From the NCBI GenBank assembly GCA_028023455.1, contig JAQFVV010000005.1, forward strand, positions 7,316,001 through 7,380,000: a stretch of 64,000 nucleotides of DNA, in the 5' to 3' direction. Of the stretch, positions 53,801 to 64,000 are shown in pieces (position 1 is the first letter of the stretch; the number at the start of each line of letters is the position of its first letter). The notes under the pieces are model-generated. The model had not been told where the DNA came from. It made no database searches and saw only the letters and a list, made by a program, of their open reading frames with translations. The stretch is from Epiperipatus broadwayi. Its lineage: Eukaryota; Animalia; Onychophora. The position numbers and the translations under genes are program-made.

Positions 53801-56800
53801 ATTTTTGAAATCCAAAATTAAAGAAGAAATCTAAAAATCTTTTTTCCTTTTCCTGTTTGGAAATGTGTTTTTTTTTGAAGAGGGCAGCAAGCAGGAGACT
53901 GAGAAAAAAAATACTCATAGACAATTGAAAGAATTGTGCATGTATAGTTGAGGAGTTAGTTTTCTGTCAGAGGTGTAATTAGTTGTTAGCAAAGACATTT
54001 GTTTTTTTATATTGATTAGGGGGTATTGTAAAAGATCGACAAATCCACCTTTATTTTAAAGTCATTTGTTGGTTTTAAAAAAATCTCTTTGATTTGATTT
54101 TTATATATTGAGTGTTATTATTGTTTATGGTTATTAGTTATAGTTATTATTGTTTGGATTTATTATTTTGTTTATTTGTTGATGTAACATCGTATTAAAT
54201 ATTTAATTGTTATTATTATTATTATTATTAATGGTGAGATTTTTAATAGTAATAGTGACATGTTCTAATTAATATATGTGTATATCAATATTATAAATAA
54301 AAAAAACATAAATTGTTAGTTATAAAAAAGATTATTTTATTTTAAGTGATGATTAAAAAAATGCAATGTTATTATTTATGTATATTATTTTTTAAAAGAA
54401 CTATCAAATAAATTTTTGATATAATATTTTTTATGTGATTAATATTTTTTTATTTCGAATATTATTGTTTTACAAAACATGTTAACAATGGTTGTCAAGA
54501 CTGCATGTTCTGTGGCATGTGAAAACAACACCAACAGAAAAAGGCCATTATTAAAATGGTTATTAAAAGAAACTGAAGGAGAAAAAGCTAATTGTACTTT
54601 TTATATTCGATATCTTTGTTTGTCAAGATAATTGGATAAACTACTGTACATAAACACATCAACAATGGTTGGCTAAATAATATATATATCGCAGTCAAGG
54701 GACTGCACTTTTTCTTTTATCCCAGATCAATTTAAAAAGAAAAACTAAGCAAAAACTCGACATATGAATTTCATCGTGTCTTAAGCTGAAATTTAATATA
54801 GCTATCTAGGAATCTACAATGGAGAGAAATCTTTAAAAAAATAGAATATGTATATGCGTTTGGAAACTGATAATTTTTATTAACGTGATATTTTCTTCAA
54901 AATTTAACCTTGGCTAGAATGCATTCAAATATTAAAACAATATAAGAGAATAAAACAGTGGAACAAGTTGAACTTTGAAAAGAAAAATGAACAAGTTGAA
55001 CTTTGAAAAGGTAACAAATAACTTGATTAATGTAAATATGTTTATATATATATTTGAGATCGATATTCATTGTTTTTTTGTTTTTTTAATTAGAAAAATG
55101 AAACGTTTTTATAAGTATAATTCTGTTCTATTTAAGCGTCTTGTTTAAAAAAAAAAAAACAAACGTTTTATAAATGTCAAAATTAACACTAAGTATTTGA
55201 AATTTGAAAATAAAGCATAAGTTTAAGTTGCATATAGATTATTATAAATTTTTTTTTTAATAAGTGAGATTTATCTTTACAAATTTTATTATCAAAATTT
55301 TTTTTTTATTATTTATACATCTTAATTTATTTATTTTTAATATTTTTTTAATTATTTGATAATTGGATGTGTGCTTGGGAATCATGGATCGAATTGACTT
55401 ATTAACAGTTCTTTAAAGTCATGAATAAGTATTCTTACCTGTCAGTTAGAAATCGTCATTATATATATATTTAAGTGTGTGTACGTATATAAAGTTAATA
55501 AGTAAAAGATTATGTGAAATAAGTTACATATTTATACTAAGTGATAAAGTAGCATTAGTTTGTTAAGTAACCAAAGAAATATTAGATTTATAGGCTTGTG
55601 TGAGCCTCTTTAGAGATAATAAACTTAAGTATTCAGTGCTTATAGTAGTAAGCATGGTTCAAAAGTAGATATAATATGTAAACCTTTTTATAATATAGTG
55701 GGGTGAATTTTGATGATTTCGTTTAATTCAGTGATATTTAATCAATTAACCTAGCTTTGAGAGCATATCTATTATCTATTTTATTAATTTTACAATATTT
55801 TACCAGTCAATTATTTATTTACTTTCATTTTAACTTTATTTAATAACTCTTATGCAAAACATAAACAACAATTCATATATTTGCTATATATAATATACCA
55901 TTATTTATTTGATTTTTTTTTTTGAAAGTTGAATATTTGGAAAATATAAATATTAGTTTGTGTCCTTAACAATGTATATTTATTGAGTACAAATATGTCT
56001 TTGTCTATTTAATATATATATATACTTATTGCAAGTATATAATTTTTATTATTATTTGGGTTTGTATTTAAAAAAAATATTTAAAATACTGATGCTACTT
56101 AAAAAATCAAACCACAATCTAGAAATAAAGGATGTACCATTTGTTTTATAAGTAATGCCTTTGTATTTTATTTGGAAGAGTATTAATATTTTATTCTTAT
56201 TTTTCTTTTTAGTGCCAGAGTCATCATGAAGTTTATTAAATTCACAACTTAATGGAGAATAATTTCATACTTTAATTATTATTTAGTTTTGAGATCACTT
56301 ATACAAGTCAATGTTCATTGATATATTTAGATATACATAAGTTTACTTATTTAATGTGTATATTAGATTCAATAAAATTCCCTTTGTTTCTGGTATATAT
56401 ATTTTGTTAGTTAGTCAAATTAACCCTGAGAATAAATTGTAATGATAGGTCTCATTATTGCTCTGCACAATTTTGATTTATATTATATATAGCTAGTTGG
56501 AAGGGCAGATACGTAATTTGTTTAAATATAATTGGGATAAGGTTGTCCATTACATTTTGGTTCCTCAATGATTGGGACAAGATTATCTTTCTTCATTTAA
56601 ATTATACTATCTTATATTTGGCTTTCTCAACAATTGGATTCATTTAGATTGTTAGGACCTTTCTTTGTATGCATATTCCAATCCGTTACATTTATCATTT
56701 CCAACTGGGACAATCGTAGACTATGACATTTGTCCAATGTTTTGGGCATGCTTTTCTCGGTATATGTGTATTTTCTTTCTTCATTTAGATTGGATAATAT

Positions 56801-56880
56801 ATATGTTCTATTACATTTGGCGTGCCAACATTAGGGCTTGGTTAACTGATGATTATTGTTGAAGAGTCCATTCTATTACA
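50822..56880 (+). mobile_element. Non-autonomous gag-only LTR retroelement
   Basis: Direct repeats 50822-51458 and 56227-56880 (TGAAG...TTACA) flank a broken gag. It sits in a (TA)n tract whose empty paralogous site is at about 58040-58100. No pol motifs seen; TSD is not clean and no PPT was found. Confidence 0.7.
51820..53400 (+). pseudogene. Ty3/Gypsy gag pseudogene: repetitive coiled coil plus capsid-like domain
   Basis: ELRAELKTNSNEL-type peptide repeats and a long coiled coil, then FKGEYHENPMEYL...SAKEWW...TYGDYRQAIMDNFW (retrotransposon gag/Arc-like CA pattern). Split over four frameshifted ORFs. Confidence 0.7.
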
Positions 56881-57659
56881 ATATATATATCACTAGATAT
56901 TTCTGCTATAAGTTAAAATGTATAATCATTATGTAATATCATATTTAATATGTGTGCATAATAATATATGTGTATGTATTGCAAATAAACTTCACTTAAT
57001 ACATATAATTTTAATTAATATTACTCATGTGGTATATATAACTCGCTAGATATTTCTGCAGTAAGTTAGTATGTGTACATAATTATATATGTATAATAAA
57101 TCAGTAACTAAGTTTTCTACTTAAAATTGTTTGATAGATTTATTTTAATTTTAAAACAGTTGTTTTGAAAAAAATGCAAAAGAAAAAAATTGTGATCTTT
57201 TTTTAACATTTCATGATACCTTTTTTAAAAAAAAGAATTGTTTTAAAATTAAAATAGAAACTATCAATCAATTTTAAATATATTTCCTGATTTATTACAC
57301 ATACATAATTATGTACATATACTAAATATGATATATACATTAAGATTTTAAAATGGTTTTAAAATATTATTAAATTGATAGAAAAAAAATTATATTGCCC
57401 TCTTGCAATCATTATTTAAAACACAAATAATGAATATTTTTTTAACCTCTATTCCATATCTAAGAAACTCATTGACATATTGAAAAGATAAATATTTCAA
57501 ATGCATTAGACTGGTATAACTTAGTTATATATCAATTTTCAAGAAATTCTATTGAATTTAAATATATTAAACCTCAATTTTAAAATTTCATTCTAACTTG
57601 AAAAAGATCAAAAGTTTTAAACCGATTTTCCAACTTCAATAAAATCATTTAAAATAATA

Positions 57660-57955
57660 GATAATTTTTTTTATATTAAATGCTTTTATTGATTATTCAC
57701 TAAAAAGAAAAAAAAAAGTTTCTTCAACTACAATTGAGCATTTTAAATTTAATTGAAATAAAAGCATGGGGGGGTGCATAAATTAATTAAGTCAATCACT
57801 TGTTATAAAAAATAGGGATTGACTTAATTAATTTCTTGACCCCATGCTTTTATTTCAAGTTAAATCTAAAAACTTCAATTGTAGTTGAAGAAACAATTTT
57901 TTTTTCTTTTTAGTGCATGGTCAAAAAGCATTTAATATATATAAAAAAAATTATC
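57660..57955. repeat. About 296-bp hairpin, copy 3
   Basis: Arms tttcttcaactacaattga / tcaattgtagttgaagaaa and aattaattaagtcaatc / gattgacttaattaatt; loop tgttataaaaaat. Confidence 0.9.
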
Positions 57956-58043
57956 TCTATTATTTTTAAGTTTTTACTATTGGCACAGTAAATGAAAATG
58001 TAAAACTATGTCATACTTTGAATTGACTGGACACTTGTAATTG

Positions 58044-58074
<31 letters not shown>

Positions 58075-58133
58075 TCAGTAGATAGTTTTGCTATAAGTTA
58101 AAATATATACTCCTTATTTATGTATCATATTTA

Positions 58134-58893
58134 AATAATATTTAATTTATAAAGTAAACTGAGAGACTGCAAACCTCTTGTGCTCATTAGCCAATTAGGT
58201 GTTATTAATAGCGATCAAATCGTAAATACAAGACAGAGAATTTAAGAAGAGGGCATCCACCCTCCTTTTTACTTGTCTTTCTATATATCCAAGCCAGTCT
58301 GAAGTACTTAGATTTAAAAGCTGAATCTTCAAACATATTCACATTTAATTCACTGAGTTTAAATTACAAACATACAGCATGAAATCCTACGATTTACTAT
58401 GCAGTAGTTTTAGGTGTTATGACTTGCAGTAACATATGTAAATAATATTTAATTTATAAAGCGCAAACAGTATTTGAAATTAAACTGAGAGACTGCAAAC
58501 CTCTCACGCTTATTAGCCAATCAGGTGTTATTAATAAGCGCAAGAGATTTGCAGTCTCTCAGTTTAATTTCAAATACTGTTTGCGCTTTATAAATTAAAT
58601 ATTTACATACGTTACTGCAAGTTATAACATCTAAAAACTACTGCATAGTAAATCGTAGGATTTCATGCTGTATGTTTGTAATTTAAACTGTGAATTAAAT
58701 GTGAATATGTTTGAAGATTCATGCTTTCAAATCTAAGTACTTCACACTGGCTTGGATATATAGAAAGACAAATAAAGAGGAGGGTGGACACCCTCTTCTT
58801 ATTAAATTCTTTGTCTTGTATTTACGATTTGATCGCTATTAATAACACCTGATTGGCTAATAAGCATGAGAGGTTTGCAGTCTCTCAGTTTAA
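58134..58893. mobile_element. Foldback insertion containing a 738-bp palindrome (58155-58892)
   Basis: Arms of about 360 bp around a 16-nt loop (58516-58531). Flanked by 11-bp direct repeat tatcatattta (58123-58133 / 58894-58904), which is single-copy at the paralogous site near 56937. Confidence 0.85.
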
Positions 58894-59871
58894 TATCATA
58901 TTTAGTAAAGGTACATAATAATATATGTCCATATAAGTGATTAAAAATATTAAATATTTTTTAAGTGAAAAGTATTTAATAATTTTACTTTGATTGGAAA
59001 AGTTTTATTTTTTAAAAAAATGTTTCTATTACTTTCATAGACATTTTAACAAATGTACAAAATTTCAACAAGTTATATTGAACTTAGGTCTGTTAAATAT
59101 TGATTTTAAAATGTTAAAAAATTGAAATTGAAAAAAATAATCTTACTGTCCTCTTGTGGACATTATTTAAATCAAATGAAAGTTGTAAGAAGAATATATA
59201 ATTGAGATATGTGAAATTATTGAATATTTTAAATATTTTCATGCCTTCTGTTCCATGTCTAACAAACTAGGTAATCTACTGATAAAATGAGTGTTTTATA
59301 TGGATTAAGCTTGTATTAGTTATATAAGAATTCTATATGTGAAACTTCGATTTTAAAATTTTATTCTAACTTGAAAAAGATCAAAAGTTATTAAACAGAC
59401 AAACTGATTTTCTGACTTCAATAAAAGCATTTAAAAACAAAAAGTAAAAGTTATTTTATTTTTAAAAATGTCAAAATATTGAAAACTCATTATTTCAAAA
59501 ATTAGTTTCTTTGTACATTTTTTTTAAAAAAAAAAAAATTTTGCAAGGGAAATCACTTTATTTATAATTATATCAATTGCTTTTAGGACAGTTCTTTTCA
59601 TCCCTATGCAGTACATTCAATAGTGTAATCTTCAATAATTAATGGACATTGAATACTTTTTAAGTCTTATTTAAACTTTAAATATGGATACCATAAATAG
59701 TATTACCATTTCATATCTATTATTCAAACTTGCAATAGATATGCTCCAGATAAATTGAAGAGAACTGCTTCTAAGATCATTTTTATAAATTTTTTGTAAC
59801 GTTTTATGTTGCCAACACACACACACACAAATATATATATATATATTGATATTCTGTTATAGCTAATACTA

Positions 59872-60366
59872 TAAAAGAAATTACTAAGAGTTTAAATTTA
59901 GTAAAATTTATTGCACCAAGTATACTCTCAATGCTTTCACATCATATTCATGGTATTGATGTGAAAGCATTGAAAGTATACTTGATGCAATAAATTTTAC
60001 TAAATTTAAACTCTGATTTAGTAACTTCTTTCACATTAATAATTATGACTGAGTATCAAAACAAAGTTACATAACACAGAGACTAATGGAATAGCTGGTA
60101 TTACAGGACAGCATATAAAATAAGAGAAATTATAATGCTCTAAGCTAGGCTGGACTTCTTTAAGAAATGCCTATACTACAAGATTGACCCAAACTGTTGC
60201 AATATAAGAATTCACAAATTTATAAGTTGTTATAATAAGAACAACTACAGATGCAACTTATGAGATGGATTTTCTTTTTTGCAGACTAATCATGAATATG
60301 ACATGAAAGCATTGAAAGTATACTTGGTGCAATAAATTTAAACTCTGACTTAATAATTTCTTTTAT
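59872..60366. mobile_element. TIR element with an extra internal inverted arm (three-arm structure)
   Basis: Left arm 59872-59952 is complementary both to 59957-60031 (immediate hairpin) and to 60291-60366. Confidence 0.8.
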
Positions 60367-63300
60367 ATATATATTGAACTGGATTGATATCCGATTCAAG
60401 GATTTTACTGCCAAAATTAAAAACTTAATTTTTGTTAAATCTTATCTAATGTTAAATTTTTTTATTATTATTTAAAAAAAAAAATGTATGTGTATTAAAA
60501 CATATACTCGGCTATATTTAAATAGGGCATTTTAATTTTTGTTTATAGAATTAATTTATTTTAAAGTAGTTTACTTTCACCGCCTGTTTTAATCAATTTG
60601 ATTAAAAACAGGCAAGCTTGCTAATTATATTTCTAATGCTTTTATTTTAATCATTTTTAAAGTTAATTCTAAAAAGCGGAGATTTAATTGTGGTGTCATT
60701 TTTGTTTCAATAATCCCTGGTTGGAATTCTTAAATTAGATTGAGCGGGAAAATTAATATTTGCCCTGCCTGAGGCATAGAATTAGATACTAGGAAAAGTT
60801 TCGTGGGAAATGTAGCGAGGCAATGATAGCCCACCAATTTTTAGAAAAGAGAGATTCAGTATTGCAGAGAGATAGACTTGGAATATCATCTGCTGAGAGT
60901 TATGCCATTTTGGGTAGCAGTTCGGACATTTAATTCCTGCTAAAAAACTTGCAATTATTAACAGACTTCGTTGCTGTGTAAGATGTCAAAATCTATGGCT
61001 CTGAGTTTTGCCATCATCAGGATGTCTTGCTAACTTAACCAAAGGACAGACCTACACCTGCCAGCTCTCCTTTAGTCATGCCATGAGCCTCTAAAATAAA
61101 CACTGCCTCTACCTTGCCGCTATCAAAGGACCTGAAAATGGACTAAAGATAAACGTGCGCACTCTATGCGAACTGTGCTTTACCATAAGATGAGATTTCC
61201 TTTTATTCTTTCCAGGGTAAATTCTTTTAGTTAAATCTCCACTCAATCTAATAAACCTGTAATCTAAATTAAGATTTAACCTCATATTGATTAGCTATAT
61301 TTATTCTCTTTTATTGTACTTTGCCGTGTGTCTGGAAATCTTAGTTTTAAGATTCCAAGTTCGAGTTTGATATTGTTTATTGGAGAGTGACTAGTGAGTT
61401 TGTCTTTTTATCCTTAACCTTTTTTTTTTAATGCTTTAGCAGTCTTGTATATTTTTAAATGCTCACCTGTAATTATTTTATCTCATAATTGATTTTAAAT
61501 ACTGTGTTTGCGCTTTTGCGAACCACAAAATCTTTTGGCTGGCAACTTCTAGTTATTTTCCTAGTTTTCCGGATGTAGAGATTTCGTTTCTTCTTTCCTT
61601 ATGTCTCTGAATTCGGAAACTGGAGTTGCGTTTTTCTTTGTAATTTTATAAGTCGCCAGCAGGAAGATAAATTTTATCTCTTTTGTAAATTACAGGTGAA
61701 AGAGAATTTCCTTCTGCTAAAATATTTAATGCCTTCAGTTAATGTTTTTTTTTACTCATAAACACTCTCCGATAAACTAATAAAAAACAAATCTAGGAAT
61801 GTTTATATTTGCTTCCTAGATTTATTTTGTATTTATGTGTGGTTTTAAATTTATCAGAGCGTGTACTCAGAACTTGTTTCATAAATTTATTTTTTAATTA
61901 TAATTATTTGTAATTCATTTTCTTTAAATGCTGGGGCAGACGTAACTGATTTTCTAATGATTTACTTGTCTCCTATTGAGACCTTCAGTTCTTAGATTAG
62001 TTTTCGCCAATCGTTTGGTTGGGGATTCACCAGTTATTTGTTTGTTTTCCTTTCATTCTGAAGCATATTTGTCGTGGGTTCTTGAGGCAAATCAATCATC
62101 TTTGCTTTGAACGTAGTTTTAAGATGCAGCTTCTACTGGCATATGACATTTTGGGTCCCGACACATTTTTTCGGGCTAGAAAAGCTTGCTGGCACTGGTT
62201 TCGTTGATTTATTTCAAGAACGTATTGTTTTCATACCTGTGAATGGGAAGACCAACATTTAGGTGATTTCTCTTCTGAAAGAAATTTGCTCCCTCCCTTT
62301 TATAATTTGCTATTGGAAGATCAGTCTGTCTGCTAGAGCATTGCATTTTCGTCTTTCTGGTACACGCCTGGTATAACCCTATTGGTTTTCGTGTAAACTT
62401 TTTCTTACAAGTTATTTTGCTCTTAAATAAAAGTTTAAAATTTGTTAAACTTAATTTGGCTGACGTTTGTCTTTGTACGTTTATTTCTCAATTGTCTAAA
62501 CAATATTTAAGATATCTTGTTTCTCCCCGAGTTTAGTCCGGTGCATTCAGGTTCGCATATCCTGTCCACCCTTAAAATAAATGTCTAGTTCCGATTTTCG
62601 GACTAGTGGCGTCCATGTGGTCAGTATATGCTAATCAAAGATCTTTTATCCGGTACAATATATATATAATTATACGATTATGGTGAATGTATGTGTCCTG
62701 ATTAATTTTTAAATGTAAATTTATTCAATAGGTTTGACAATATATACTTAATATACAAATAAAATATCAAATGCCAAAAGTTCAACTAGTCAATATAATA
62801 AACTATGTAGCCAAAATTAAATTACAAATCCATATCAATGGTTTTTGCCTACCTAAAGCAGTCTTCTCAAGTGCAAAGTAGCATAAACTAATATATACTA
62901 TCATATTTCTTATAATTCCAATTCATTATTCCGAAGGTAAATTAGAATTATGGCAAATACAATAGTATATATTTATTTTGTGTAATTTTGTACTGGAGGA
63001 AAACTATTTTGGTAAGGAAACCATTGATAGTGAATTTGTAATTAATTTTGGTTAGTTACTTAATTGTGAATTAGTGTAATTTGTTTAAAATAAGTTAAAT
63101 TTATATATATTAAGAAGTAACTTTTTATATTTTGTGAAATTAAATTATTATTGTTTTTCAATACATATTGTTTCTGATGATAGCCAAACAATATGAAATT
63201 GTATAAAAAAATAAATTTATAGTCTTTTAATGGGGGACTTGAGCTTTCAAAAAATTATCCAAACAATATTTACTTAGCAAAAAAAAGTATTTTTCATCCC

Positions 63301-64000
63301 TTCAGTATTTGGCAATGGTGATTTATTTTATCAAGCCAAATCAACTTCATTGAAAAGGTCACAATGAAGATATAAAATATGTATTGATCAATATTAAGAA
63401 GTAATCATGATTAAAGTAAATTATGTATTTAAAAGACAAATATTTTTCTGTAATTTTATTTCTACTACTTTTGTAAGATAATTCAATTTAGTTAAAACGT
63501 TTTTACTTTCATTTAATAATTCATGCAACATTTCATGCAGCTCTGAAGCAATATTTGCAAAATCAACCATATCTCCCATTTTAAATTATAAAACACTTCA
63601 TCAAATAGCTGTAAAACGTTTTATAAATATGAAATCTTGTCATATAATCTTTCCAATGTTAATCTTAGTGTATCATCATGAACATTTTTCAGAATATGAC
63701 AATATTTGCACTGCAGGAAAGATCTTTTGATTTCTTTTTGAGGCCTCAAAAGAATCAAACAGTAAAATTTTTATTGTCCATTTCATTGTAGTTGTTACTA
63801 CCATATAATTAATGGGTTGATCATTAGCATGCACCAGACAGAGTGATGTGTTTAAAGGCTACAGTATGATATTCCTTCTCAGTTGCCTGATAGTTTTTAA
63901 TTGAAATATCAACTGAATTTTTTGAAAGGAGGATGTGAATGGAAATGAATTCTTTTTTTTTGCTAACATTTAAAGTGGTATTTCATTATAGCCTGAGAAA

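Noticed and set aside
60690-62640. GC-richer block resembling an LTR plus leader or a LINE 5' region
   Set aside because: No second LTR, TSD, convincing PBS or recognisable protein motif; left unannotated.
63500-64000. Possible hAT transposase relic on the minus strand
   Set aside because: Only vague motif resemblance and truncated by the window end.

Overview
AT-rich eukaryotic genomic DNA, most likely from an invertebrate such as an arthropod (inference). There are no prokaryotic features: no CRISPR array, operon or rRNA. The window is a transposon-riddled, segmentally duplicated C2H2 zinc-finger locus with one intact single-exon ZNF ORF (19791-20603), a decayed paralog (about 48.5-49.6 kb) and a third partial copy of the upstream segment (about 26.8-29.4 kb). 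Mobile elements: two hAT transposase relics, a nearly intact Ty3/Gypsy provirus (8540-13031) with LTRs, TSD, tRNA-Ser PBS and PPT, two near-identical RTE LINEs in opposite orientation, two related solo LTRs, a gag-only LTR element, a TSD-flanked tRNA-Gly retrocopy and several TIR/foldback elements. The most unusual signals are (i) a roughly 300-bp hairpin downstream of the ZNF genes, present in three paralogous copies whose arms appear to evolve in concert, (ii) a 738-bp foldback whose terminal sequence recurs at its centre, and (iii) a gag-only element with a PBS-like sequence inside both LTRs. All alignments were done by eye, so identities are approximate and coordinates of degenerate features may be off by tens of bases.
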